25,933 nt of DNA from a virus (lineage: Duplodnaviria; Caudoviricetes): positions 1-25,933 of the IMG/VR virus record IMGVR_UViG_3300012667_000065; one strand, 5' to 3'. A program made the translations under genes and the position numbers. A model generated the notes under the pieces. The model was not told the DNA's origin. It worked only from the letters and a program-made list of their open reading frames with translations, and made no database searches. Below are positions 11,038 through 19,633 of the stretch, piece after piece. The first letter of the stretch is position 1; each line of letters starts with the position of its first letter.

Positions 11038-12627
11038 ATGAACTTTTTTGGATTTGAAATCAAGAAGAAGGACCAAGACAATAAGGTTATGAGCGTTGTC
11101 GCTCCTAACGCTGACGATGGTTCTTCTATGATCTCCACTGGTGCGAGCTATTATGGCTACGCACTAAACATGGACACGATCGCAGGTAACGAAAATGACT
11201 TGATCAAGCGTTACAGAGAGATCGCGCAAATCCCTGAAGTCGACTCAGCTATCGAGGATATCATCAACGAGGCTATTGTCTCTGACGATGATAGTCCTGC
11301 AGTTCAGCTGAACCTTGATGAACTCAAGGTATCCGAAAAGGTCAAGAAGCGCATCATCGAGGAATTCGACAATGTGCTGAATGTCTTCAAGTTTGACAAA
11401 CGTGGTCACGACTTCTTCCGTTCATGGTATGTGGACGGAAGAATTTACTTTCAAGTCTTGGTTGATGAGAAGAAAATTTCCGAGGGTATCCAGGAACTTC
11501 GCTTCGTAGACCCAATCAAAATCAAGAAGGTCAAAGAAGTCGTCAAGCAGAAAGACCCACAATCAGGTGTCGAAGTTGTGAAAGAAGTCAAAGAGTACTT
11601 CGTCTACAACGAGAAGGGCATCACCAATACAACCAATCAGGGCGTTCGTCTTAGTAAGGACAGTGTGTTGTACTGTCCATCAGGCGTCACTGATTATAAC
11701 CAAGGTCTTGTCCTTGGTCACCTACACAAAGCTATCAAGGTATCAAACCAACTGAAGATGGTTGAAGATGCCGTAGTTATCTACCGTCTTGTTATCTACC
11801 GTCTTGCTCGCGCTCCTGAACGCCGAGTGTTCTATGTAGACGTGGGTAACTTGCCTAAGATTAAGGCTGAGCAATATATCCGCGATATCATGAACAAGTA
11901 TCGCAACAAACTTACCTATGACGTTCAGACTGGCGAAATGAAAGATGATCGCAAGCACCTAAGTATGCTTGAAGACTTCTGGATGCCTCGTCGTGAAGGT
12001 GGTAAGGGTACAGAAATCACTACGCTTCAAGGTGGTCAAAACCTTGGACAAATCGAAGACGTTGAATACTTCAAAGGTAAACTATACCAAGCTCTCAACG
12101 TACCAGTCTCAAGACTACAACCACAGCAAGGGTTCTCGCTTGGTCGTTCGTCAGAAATCACCCGTGAAGAAATCAAGTTTGCCAAGTTCATTCTGCGTCT
12201 ACGTCAGAAGTTTGGCGACGTTCTTTCCGAGGCACTTCGCATTCAGTTGATTCTGAAGAAGGTCATCACTCCAGAAGAGTGGGATGACATGGTGATAAAT
12301 ATTCGTATGGAGTTCATGAAGGATAACTACTTCTCCGAACTCAAAGAAAACGAAATCCTTACCCAGCGTATTCAGATGGCACAATTGATGGAGCCATACG
12401 TTGGTAAGTACTACTCAATGCAATACGTTCGTCGTAACATTCTGAAGCAGAATGACAAAGAGATTGACGAGATTGACAAAGAAATCAAAGAAGAAGGTAG
12501 CGACGTGATGTTGCAACAGCAACAACAGGCTCAAATGGGCGGTGGTGGACAGGCTCCTGAAGCATTCCAACAACCCGAAGTGCCTACCCAAACAGTTTAT
12601 GACCCACAGAATGGAGACCAGCAATGA
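11038..12627 (+). CDS. g20: Portal vertex protein gp20
   Basis: WYVDGRIYF, LHKAIK..NQLKMVEDAVVIYR, RAPERRVFYVDVGNLPK and EDFWMPRREGGKGTEITTL motifs. Confidence 0.96.
   Translation: MNFFGFEIKKKDQDNKVMSVVAPNADDGSSMISTGASYYGYALNMDTIAGNENDLIKRYREIAQIPEVDSAIEDIINEAIVSDDDSPAVQLNLDELKVSEKVKKRIIEEFDNVLNVFKFDKRGHDFFRSWYVDGRIYFQVLVDEKKISEGIQELRFVDPIKIKKVKEVVKQKDPQSGVEVVKEVKEYFVYNEKGITNTTNQGVRLSKDSVLYCPSGVTDYNQGLVLGHLHKAIKVSNQLKMVEDAVVIYRLVIYRLARAPERRVFYVDVGNLPKIKAEQYIRDIMNKYRNKLTYDVQTGEMKDDRKHLSMLEDFWMPRREGGKGTEITTLQGGQNLGQIEDVEYFKGKLYQALNVPVSRLQPQQGFSLGRSSEITREEIKFAKFILRLRQKFGDVLSEALRIQLILKKVITPEEWDDMVINIRMEFMKDNYFSELKENEILTQRIQMAQLMEPYVGKYYSMQYVRRNILKQNDKEIDEIDKEIKEEGSDVMLQQQQQAQMGGGGQAPEAFQQPEVPTQTVYDPQNGDQQ
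11776..11805 (+). repeat. Exact 15-bp tandem duplication inside g20 (VIYRL-VIYRL)
   Basis: gttatctaccgtctt occurs at 11776-11790 and again at 11791-11805. Confidence 0.95.
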
Positions 12628-12833
12628 CATCTACACTAGACCTTATCCAAGCAATCCACAGCAAAGAGCCTATGGAGGCTGAGCGTGTGTTCAGCACTAT
12701 CATGGCTGACCGAATTGCCGATCGTATCGAAGACATGAAAGCAGACGTAGCTAAGTCTATGTTCTCAGCTCGAGAAGAACTCGAAGCATCTGTCGACGAA
12801 GCCTCAGGAACTGACACTGATGAAACTGTCTGA
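12624..12833 (+). CDS. Small acidic prohead core protein (gp67-like)
   Basis: 69 aa, acidic and helical, overlapping the g20 stop (ATGA). It occupies the position of T4 g67; the identity rests on synteny. Confidence 0.6.
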   Translation: MTSTLDLIQAIHSKEPMEAERVFSTIMADRIADRIEDMKADVAKSMFSAREELEASVDEASGTDTDETV

Positions 12834-13392
12834 GTTCAAAAAGAAACTCGCTCAAGAATCAAAGAACTACGGTAACGTGGTTCATACCTTCACTCACATG
12901 ATGAAGGAAGTAGTGGTCAATCAGAACGGCGATATCTACGTCGATGGTGCCCTACAAGAAGAATCGTTCACGAATTTAGAAGAAGCTAAGAAAATCGTCA
13001 AGCAATCTGTCTTTTCTGAGAAACTAAAAAGAGATATACAACATCAAGTGTATGAAGAAATTTCTGATGTAAGCATTGCGAATATCATCAGAAAGCATCA
13101 CGAAATTCCAAAAGTAACATCTCAACTTATCGAATCGTACGTAGACTTATCTTCTTCTAAACTTTTCACCGTAGATCCAGTAGTCATGGAGATGCGTAAA
13201 CTAAACAAACTTTCGAACCTCGTAGAAGGTAAGATTGACTTTGTTCTTGGCGATGGCTCCGTTGTAGCTATCAGCGAAGACACTTTTCTCAAGTTGAAAA
13301 ACCTCATAAATATGTCTGGAGAAAAGGATCTGATAACAAACTACATGAGAGAGAACAAAGAACAGTTCCTCAAAGTAGTTGGAGAAATATAA
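12820..13392 (+). CDS. Hypothetical head-associated protein (occupies the g68 position)
   Basis: 190-aa Lys/Glu-rich ORF between the g67-like gene and g21. The MKLSEF N-terminus resembles T4 capsid-targeting sequences. Confidence 0.55.
   Translation: MKLSEFKKKLAQESKNYGNVVHTFTHMMKEVVVNQNGDIYVDGALQEESFTNLEEAKKIVKQSVFSEKLKRDIQHQVYEEISDVSIANIIRKHHEIPKVTSQLIESYVDLSSSKLFTVDPVVMEMRKLNKLSNLVEGKIDFVLGDGSVVAISEDTFLKLKNLINMSGEKDLITNYMRENKEQFLKVVGEI
13305..13312 (+). promoter_or_regulatory. Late promoter variant CATAAATA upstream of g21
   Basis: 7/8 match to TATAAATA, about 90 bp before the g21 start, inside the upstream gene. Confidence 0.45.
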
Positions 13393-13402
13393 GGGCACGA
13401 AA

Positions 13403-14056
13403 ATGAGACTCATCAAAGAAGTCAACGAATCAATCAAATACCTTGTTGAAGAGAAAGTCGGCAGCAAGGAAAAGAATTATTTCATCGAAGGTATTTTCCT
13501 TCAGGCAGATTGCGTGAACCGCAACAATCGCCGTTACGACATGAACATCTTGGGCGAAGAAGTAACTCGCTACAACCAACAGTTCGTGGAACAGAATAGA
13601 GCATTCGGAGAACTGGGTCACCCAGACTCTCCAACAATCAACTTGGACCGAGTGAGCCACATGATTAAAGAATTGCGTGTTGAAGGTACAAACTTCATCG
13701 GCAAGGCTAAGATTATGGATACTCCTAATGGTCGCATCGTTAAGGCTTTGATCGACGAGGGGGCAAGACTGGGCGTCTCCTCTCGTGGTCTTGGCTCCAT
13801 TGTGCAAGGCAAGGACGGTGTAAACGTAGTTGGCAGAGACTTCATGCTGGCAACAGCCGCTGATATCGTAGCCGACCCATCCGCACCTGACGCTTTTGTT
13901 GAAGCAGTCATGGAAGGTAAGGAATGGATTTTCGTCGATGGAAGGTTTGTGGAAAAGGATATCGAGGCTGTAAGAAAGTCTATCCTCGCCACTCCAAAAC
14001 GTGACTTGCAAGAACAAATGGTTAGAGAATTCAAAGGATTCCTATCAAAACTTTGA
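13403..14056 (+). CDS. g21: Prohead protease gp21
   Basis: IEGIFLQA..NRNNRRY, GELGHP (catalytic His), GVSSRGLGS (catalytic Ser) and DIVADPSAPDAFV. Start placed at ATG 13403 (MRLIKE) rather than TTG 13379. Confidence 0.95.
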   Translation: MRLIKEVNESIKYLVEEKVGSKEKNYFIEGIFLQADCVNRNNRRYDMNILGEEVTRYNQQFVEQNRAFGELGHPDSPTINLDRVSHMIKELRVEGTNFIGKAKIMDTPNGRIVKALIDEGARLGVSSRGLGSIVQGKDGVNVVGRDFMLATAADIVADPSAPDAFVEAVMEGKEWIFVDGRFVEKDIEAVRKSILATPKRDLQEQMVREFKGFLSKL

Positions 14057-14060
14057 AATC

Positions 14061-14068
14061 AATAAATA
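14061..14068 (+). promoter_or_regulatory. Late promoter variant AATAAATA for g22-g23
   Basis: 7/8 match in the g21-g22 gap, followed by CAGGAG SD and ATG 14107. Confidence 0.6.
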
Positions 14069-14106
14069 ATTCAATAGAAACCTATTCAGAGACACAGGAG
14101 AAAACC

Positions 14107-15078
14107 ATGTCAGTAGAAAAGAAAATTCAAGAACTTCTTGAAGAATCTCGTAAAGCTAACCAGCTGAGCGAAGAGATTGTTGAAGACGAAATCCTAGAGG
14201 AAGACGTTGAACAACTCGAAGAAGAGGAAGCGAAAGCCGAATCTGGTACAGAACAAAAAGACGTTGTCAAAGCTAACGCTGGCGGCGTGAATGGTAAACA
14301 GACTGTCAAAGGCGCTGAAGCTGCTGGCAAGAAGACCATGAAAGAAGAAATTACTGTTGACGTTTCAGAAGACGTTGCCGCTCTAACCAGCGACGAGACA
14401 CTTTCTGAAGAGTTCAAACAGAAAGCTGCGACGATTTTCGAAGCTGCAGTTATCAGCCGTATCAAGACTGAAGTTGCAAAAATCGAAGAGTCGTTCGAGG
14501 CACGTCTCGAAGAAGAGACACAATTGGCTGTTGAGGGACTTGTTGAAAAAGTAGATGGATATCTCGACTACGTTGTCGAGCAGTGGATGAAAAATAATGA
14601 ACTTGCCCTTGAATCTGGTATTAAGTCTGAAATCCTTGAGAACTTCATTGGTGGTTTGAAGGGTCTATTCGAAGAGCACTATATCGATATTCCTGAAGAG
14701 AAATACGATGTGATCGGCGAAATGGAAACTAAGATCGCTGAAGTCGAAAGCAAGTTGAACGAAGCTGTTGATGCAAACATTGCATTGAACAAGCAAGTAG
14801 GTGAGTTGAAGCGTCACGAAGTGATGGCTGAACTTTCTGAAGGTTTGACTGTTACTGAGACTGAAAAGTTCCAATCACTTGCTAAAGAAATCGTGTTCGA
14901 AAGCGCCGACTCTTACAAGGAAAAACTACAGACAATTCGTGAATCATATTTCACTAAGTCATCTGCCAAAACTGGCGATGTACAAAGTGTCGTGACAGAA
15001 GAAGTCGGCACTGGCACTCAAGTTCTCAGCGAGAGCCTGTCAGCATACGCTAACTTCCTCGGCAAATCCGCAAAATAA
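14107..15078 (+). CDS. g22: Prohead core scaffolding protein gp22
   Basis: Very acidic coiled-coil with LSEEFKQKAATIFEAAV, VDGYLDYVVEQWM and IRESYF. Start at ATG 14107 behind CAGGAG. Confidence 0.93.
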   Translation: MSVEKKIQELLEESRKANQLSEEIVEDEILEEDVEQLEEEEAKAESGTEQKDVVKANAGGVNGKQTVKGAEAAGKKTMKEEITVDVSEDVAALTSDETLSEEFKQKAATIFEAAVISRIKTEVAKIEESFEARLEEETQLAVEGLVEKVDGYLDYVVEQWMKNNELALESGIKSEILENFIGGLKGLFEEHYIDIPEEKYDVIGEMETKIAEVESKLNEAVDANIALNKQVGELKRHEVMAELSEGLTVTETEKFQSLAKEIVFESADSYKEKLQTIRESYFTKSSAKTGDVQSVVTEEVGTGTQVLSESLSAYANFLGKSAK

Positions 15079-15104
15079 ACTCATCCATCTTAAAGGAAAC
15101 AAAA

Positions 15105-16445
15105 ATGCAAGTACTACGTGAAGACCTAGTTAAAAAGTGGACTCCAATCTTGGAGCACACATCGATGCCTGAAATCAAAGACAGCTACCGCAAGCAAGTG
15201 ACTGCTGTTCTTTTGGAAAACCAAGAGAAAGCTCTCCGCGAAGAGAAGCAAATCTTGGCAGAAGCATCTCCAACAAACGCATCTGGCTCGTACGCTGACA
15301 CCAACGGTGTTGCTAAGTTTGACCCAGTTTTGATCAGCTTGGTTCGCCGTGCTGCTCCACAATTGATCGCCTATGACATCGCTGGCGTTCAACCAATGAC
15401 TCAACCTACTGGCTTGGTGTTCGCAATGCGTTCACGTTATGGCTCACAGTCTGGTACAGAAGCGTTCTACAACGAAGCTGATACTGAGCGTTCAGGCGCT
15501 GACATGGGTACTGACACAAACCAAACTGGCTTGTCAGGTTCTAACTGGATCTCTTCAGTTACTACTGGTCGCGGTATGTCTAACGCTCAAGCTGAAGGTG
15601 GTCACACTTCTTCTGCTGCTACATCTAGCGACGCAGGTCCAGGTTCTACTACTTTCAACGAAATGGCATTCTCAATCGAGAAGTCAAGCGTTGAAGCTAA
15701 GAGCCGTGCTTTGAAGGCTGAATACTCAATCGAATTGGCACAAGACTTGAAGTCTGTGCACGGTTTGGACGCTGAAAGCGAATTGAGCAACATCCTTTCT
15801 ACAGAAATCTTGGCTGAAATCAACCGCGAAGTTATCCGTACTGTGTACTTCGGTGCTAAGGTCGGTGCTCAAGCTGGTACTACAAACGCTGGTATCTTCG
15901 ACTTGGACGTTGACGCTAACGGTCGTTGGTCAGTTGAAAAGTTCAAGGGCTTGTTGTTCCAAGTTGAACGTGAAGCTAACGTGATCGCTCAACAAACTCG
16001 TCGTGGTAAAGGCAACTTCATCATCTGTTCATCAGATGTGGCTTCTGCTTTGGCTATGGCTGGTGTTTTGGACTACGCTCCAGCATTGTCTACCAACCTG
16101 AACGTTGACGAATCAAGCAGCACCTTCGCTGGTGTGTTGAACGGTCGCTTCAAAGTGTATGTTGATCCATATGCTGGTAACGGCGGTGCTAACGACCAGT
16201 TCTTCGTGGCTGGTTACAAGGGTGCTTCTGCATTCGACGCTGGTTTGTTCTACTGCCCATACGTGCCATTGCAAGTTGTGCGTGCTGTGGATCCTAACAC
16301 CTTCCAACCTAAGATTGGTTTCAAGACACGCTACGGCATGATTGCTAACCCATTCGCTGAAGGTACTACTGCTGGTCAAGGTCGTCTGACCCAAGCTAAC
16401 AGCAACGTATACTACCGTAAGGTTCGCGTACAAAACATCATGTAA
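15105..16445 (+). CDS. g23: Major capsid protein gp23
   Basis: LISLVRR, GVQPMTQPTGLVFAMR, KSRALKAEYSIELAQDLKSVHGLDAE and FYCPYVPLQ..FQPKIGFKTRYG. Confidence 0.98.
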   Translation: MQVLREDLVKKWTPILEHTSMPEIKDSYRKQVTAVLLENQEKALREEKQILAEASPTNASGSYADTNGVAKFDPVLISLVRRAAPQLIAYDIAGVQPMTQPTGLVFAMRSRYGSQSGTEAFYNEADTERSGADMGTDTNQTGLSGSNWISSVTTGRGMSNAQAEGGHTSSAATSSDAGPGSTTFNEMAFSIEKSSVEAKSRALKAEYSIELAQDLKSVHGLDAESELSNILSTEILAEINREVIRTVYFGAKVGAQAGTTNAGIFDLDVDANGRWSVEKFKGLLFQVEREANVIAQQTRRGKGNFIICSSDVASALAMAGVLDYAPALSTNLNVDESSSTFAGVLNGRFKVYVDPYAGNGGANDQFFVAGYKGASAFDAGLFYCPYVPLQVVRAVDPNTFQPKIGFKTRYGMIANPFAEGTTAGQGRLTQANSNVYYRKVRVQNIM

Positions 16446-16473
16446 TTGATGAAGCTGCCCAAGAGCAGTATTT

Positions 16474-16500
16474 AAAAGGGAGCTTCGGCTCCCTTTTTTT
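16474..16500 (+). terminator. Intrinsic terminator with cUUCGg tetraloop after g23
   Basis: AAAAGGGAGC-TTCG-GCTCCCTTTTTTT: perfect stem, T4-typical UUCG loop and U-tract. The A-tract on the other side could make it bidirectional. Confidence 0.93.
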
Positions 16501-16503
16501 ATG

Positions 16504-16511
16504 CCTAAATA
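16504..16511 (+). promoter_or_regulatory. Late promoter variant CCTAAATA for g3
   Basis: Immediately after the terminator and before the AAGGA SD / ATG 16539. Same variant as the one upstream of g19. Confidence 0.65.
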
Positions 16512-16538
16512 TTTGTATGAATAACAAGGAAACCACCA

Positions 16539-17078
16539 ATGGCTGAACGTGCACTTTGGGCATCTAAAGTCCCATCAAACATCAACCCTCTGGCACCGAC
16601 AGGGTTCAGGTTCAATATCACACGCCTACCCGAGATCGAGTTCTTCTGTCAAGAGGTCAACCTGCCTGATATCACACTGGGCGAAACCTTCATGAACAAC
16701 CCGTTGATTCGTATTCCAGTTCCAGGCGAAATGCTTGAGTTCGGTACGCTGGAAATTCAATTCCTGATCGACGAAGACCTTGTCAACTTCCGTGCTATCA
16801 AGAACTGGATGTTCGGTTTGGGTTTCCCAAGAAGTCACGCTGACTATACCAACTATCAGAACCAAGCCGAGATTGCTCAGGTGTCTGAACTGGTCAAGAA
16901 CATGTCTGACGGCACCCTATCAATCTTGACAAATAATAGCAATCAGAATAAAATAGTCTCGTTCCGAGGACTATTTCCCGTCTCTCTGTCTGGTCTTCAA
17001 TTTGGAGCAACTGACAGCGATATCAACTATCTTGTTGGGAAAGCATCTTTTAGATTCCAATTTTACGATTTTATGTAA
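16539..17078 (+). CDS. g3: Tail tube terminator / tail completion protein gp3
   Basis: NPLAPTGFRFNI..PEIEFFCQ.VNLPDI, PGEMLEFGTLEIQFLIDEDL.N..IKNWM and FPVSLSGLQF. The g23-g3-uvsY-uvsW order is typical of non-coliphage T4-like phages. Confidence 0.88.
   Translation: MAERALWASKVPSNINPLAPTGFRFNITRLPEIEFFCQEVNLPDITLGETFMNNPLIRIPVPGEMLEFGTLEIQFLIDEDLVNFRAIKNWMFGLGFPRSHADYTNYQNQAEIAQVSELVKNMSDGTLSILTNNSNQNKIVSFRGLFPVSLSGLQFGATDSDINYLVGKASFRFQFYDFM
16926..16954 (+). promoter_or_regulatory. sigma70-type promoter inside g3 facing uvsY
   Basis: TTGACA (16926-16931), 17-bp spacer, TAAAAT (16949-16954). Confidence 0.65.
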
Positions 17079-17093
17079 TCACTGAGGTTCGTT

Positions 17094-17531
17094 ATGACAC
17101 TTGAAGATCTTATGAATATGTGGACGCAAGACGCCCACATTGATGACAACCATCTAGGCGAAGCATCAACCGCCACTCCCGTTCTCCATGCAAAGTGGGT
17201 TCAGATTTTGGTTCAGTACAAACTGAAGATGACCAAACTCAACGGGGACTACTACCGACTGAGAAAGAACAAGTTCCGCTACTACCGTGGCGAACTGTCA
17301 CGCGAAGAGCTCACTGAATTGGGCTGGACACAGTGGCAAGGGGTAAAGCCCCTGAAGAACGAAATGGACGAGTTCCTGCAAGGCGATCACGATTTGCTCA
17401 TGCTCAAGCAAAAAGTAGAATATATACAAGTGATCATCGACTTTTTAGAGTCGGTCATGCGCCAAATCAACAGCAGAACGTATGCTATTCGTGATGGTAT
17501 AGAATGGAAGAAATTTTTAACAGGTATGTAA
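17094..17531 (+). CDS. uvsY: Recombination mediator UvsY
   Basis: W..DAHIDDNHLGEAS..P.LHAKW, YYRG and RTYAIRDGIEWKKF..G; size 145 aa; synteny. Confidence 0.9.
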   Translation: MTLEDLMNMWTQDAHIDDNHLGEASTATPVLHAKWVQILVQYKLKMTKLNGDYYRLRKNKFRYYRGELSREELTELGWTQWQGVKPLKNEMDEFLQGDHDLLMLKQKVEYIQVIIDFLESVMRQINSRTYAIRDGIEWKKFLTGM

Positions 17532-19031
17532 GTGACTAATATTGTAATAGAGAAAATCAGCGAAGTCTATATTCGCATCTTCAGTGACCTAAGTGTCGAG
17601 CAAGAACTGAGCAACTACTTCACATTCGATGTTCCTGGAGCTAAGTTCATGCCAGCATACAAGGCACGTATGTGGGATGGCAAACTACGTCTATACGACC
17701 TTCGCAAGAAAACTCTATACGCTGGTCTTTACAAATACGTTCTTGCATTCGCTGAACAAAACAACTACAAGGTTGTGTTCAACCCAAGCGAAGAATATCC
17801 ACGCATCGAACCAGAGAACCCTGTAACTCCAGAGGAGATGCTCGAGTTCTCTAAGGCTCTGAAGCCACACGTCAACGGCGCACCAATCACAATCAAAGAC
17901 TATCAGCTTGAGGCTGTTGTGAAAGCAATCAATGACCAACGTGTCATGCTTATCTCACCAACGGCATCGGGTAAGTCTTTCATCATCTACACAATCATGC
18001 GTTATCTTACTTTGAACCGTAAGAAGTGTTTGATTGTCGTTCCGTCAACAGGTCTTGTTGAACAGCTGTACTCTGACTTCGCTGACTATTCGTCAGAGGT
18101 TCGTTGGGATGTGAGCGATCACTGTCAGAAAATCTACTCTGGCTTCACCAAAGAAGTTTCCAGTGCCGTGACTATCTCTACATGGCAGTCTATCTACAAG
18201 CAACCGAAGGCTTGGTTCGACCAGTTCGATGTCATCTTCGGCGATGAGGCGCACCAGTTCAAGGCAAAGTCTTTGTCAACTGTGATGGAGAAGCTGGACA
18301 AAACCGTATACCGAATTGGTACAACTGGTACCATCGACAACAAGCAAGTGCATAAGCTAGTGCTTGAAGGTGTGTTTGGACCTGTACATCGTGTCACCAC
18401 AACCAAGGCGTTGATGGATAGTAAGGATGTGGCGGAGCTAAGTATTAAGTGTATCGTGCTGAAGTATACCGCTGAAGAGCGAAAGGCTCAGGTGAAGAAC
18501 CTGTACCCTGACGAGAAGAAATTCTTGGTGACTCATGCGAAGCGTAACAAGTTCATCAAGAACCTTGCGCTTGCCACGAAAGGTAACACTCTGGTGTTGT
18601 TCCAGTATGTTGAGAATCACGGTATCCCTCTGTACGAAATGATTCAAGCAGGTGCCGCTGAGGGCAGAAAAGTTTTCATTGTGCACGGTGGCGTTGACAC
18701 TGATGAACGAGAGGCTATCCGTCATATCGTTGAGAAAGAACAAGACGCAATCATCGTTGCCTCGTATGGTACGTTCTCAACTGGTATCAACATCAAGAAC
18801 CTACACAACATCATCTTCGCTTCACCAAGTAAGTCGATGATTCGAATTCTACAGTCCATTGGGCGTGGTTTGAGAAAGTCTGACACAAAGGATGAGGCAA
18901 AGCTATTCGATATCTCTGACGATTTGTCTCACAAGGCATGGAAGAACCATACGCTGAATCACTTCGTCGAGAGAATTAAGATATATACTTCTGAGAAGTT
19001 TAATTACAAAATTGTAGAGGTAGACATCTAA
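17532..19031 (+). CDS. uvsW: SF2 DNA helicase UvsW
   Basis: WDGKLRL, SPTASGKS (Walker A), DEAH, GTTGT and QSIGRGLR; GTG start. Confidence 0.95.
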   Translation: MTNIVIEKISEVYIRIFSDLSVEQELSNYFTFDVPGAKFMPAYKARMWDGKLRLYDLRKKTLYAGLYKYVLAFAEQNNYKVVFNPSEEYPRIEPENPVTPEEMLEFSKALKPHVNGAPITIKDYQLEAVVKAINDQRVMLISPTASGKSFIIYTIMRYLTLNRKKCLIVVPSTGLVEQLYSDFADYSSEVRWDVSDHCQKIYSGFTKEVSSAVTISTWQSIYKQPKAWFDQFDVIFGDEAHQFKAKSLSTVMEKLDKTVYRIGTTGTIDNKQVHKLVLEGVFGPVHRVTTTKALMDSKDVAELSIKCIVLKYTAEERKAQVKNLYPDEKKFLVTHAKRNKFIKNLALATKGNTLVLFQYVENHGIPLYEMIQAGAAEGRKVFIVHGGVDTDEREAIRHIVEKEQDAIIVASYGTFSTGINIKNLHNIIFASPSKSMIRILQSIGRGLRKSDTKDEAKLFDISDDLSHKAWKNHTLNHFVERIKIYTSEKFNYKIVEVDI

Positions 19032-19480
19032 TGAATTATGTGACAGCAAAACTTATCACTGGTGACACGATCATCGGCGTTCTAGTCGATGACCACTATG
19101 ACCAATATCATATTGCACTGCCCATGCAGGTCAAGATACATAGTATAGTAGTTCCTCCGAACAAGCTAGTTGAACAGCTTACCGCTGCTCCATACACTCG
19201 CTTCACCGATGCGACAACCCTGACTCTTGATAGACAGCATGTTGTTTCGGTTCAGCCCCTCAACGAACTTGGGGTGAATATGTATGTAAATCTTCTTGAG
19301 GAACATATGGAATTTGACCAGATTGAGGCAGCTGGTATCGCGACTCTCATCACTCAGCACATTGAGGAAAGAGACGAGAAGAAACGCGACGAAGAAATTC
19401 TTGCCAACGTCAAAGCATCTCTTGACATCATCAGGTCTATGACTGAAGAAGAACCTGACTCAAACAGAATTCTTCACTAA
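19031..19480 (+). CDS. Conserved hypothetical protein (possible Sm-like fold) downstream of uvsW
   Basis: KLITGDTIIG..P..V..PY..F......L.R.HVV pattern, coupled to uvsW by TAATG. The fold is an inference. Confidence 0.6.
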   Translation: MNYVTAKLITGDTIIGVLVDDHYDQYHIALPMQVKIHSIVVPPNKLVEQLTAAPYTRFTDATTLTLDRQHVVSVQPLNELGVNMYVNLLEEHMEFDQIEAAGIATLITQHIEERDEKKRDEEILANVKASLDIIRSMTEEEPDSNRILH

Positions 19481-19504
19481 CCTCATATCAAACCCGACAC
19501 TGGT

Positions 19505-19533
19505 ATTATACCGCTCCTGTGAATATTTGTAAA
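19505..19533 (-). promoter_or_regulatory. sigma70-type promoter firing leftward (antisense)
   Basis: The minus strand reads TTTACA (19533-19528), 17-bp spacer, TATAAT (19510-19505). Confidence 0.65.
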
Positions 19534-19568
19534 GTTTATTTCTAGTTCTCAAGAATCAGAAGTAGCGC

Positions 19569-19597
19569 TTTACATAAATCGCATCTTATAGTATACT
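19569..19597 (+). promoter_or_regulatory. sigma70-type promoter for the g55 operon
   Basis: TTTACA (19569-19574), 17-bp spacer, TATACT (19592-19597), just upstream of ATG 19634. Confidence 0.75.
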
Positions 19598-19633
19598 TCT
19601 TGTTATGTTCCCATTGAAAGTGACTCCCACCCC

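Noticed and set aside
12460-12477. gagattgac x2 repeat and the nearby poly-Gln/Gly tail in g20
   Set aside because: It encodes the ordinary EIDEID helix and a low-complexity portal C-terminus, so it is not anomalous.
13430-14034. Long minus-strand ORFs (195 aa and 138 aa) opposite g21, and similar ones opposite g18, g22, g23 and g46
   Set aside because: These are shadow ORFs of strongly codon-biased + strand genes, with no motifs, SD or promoter.
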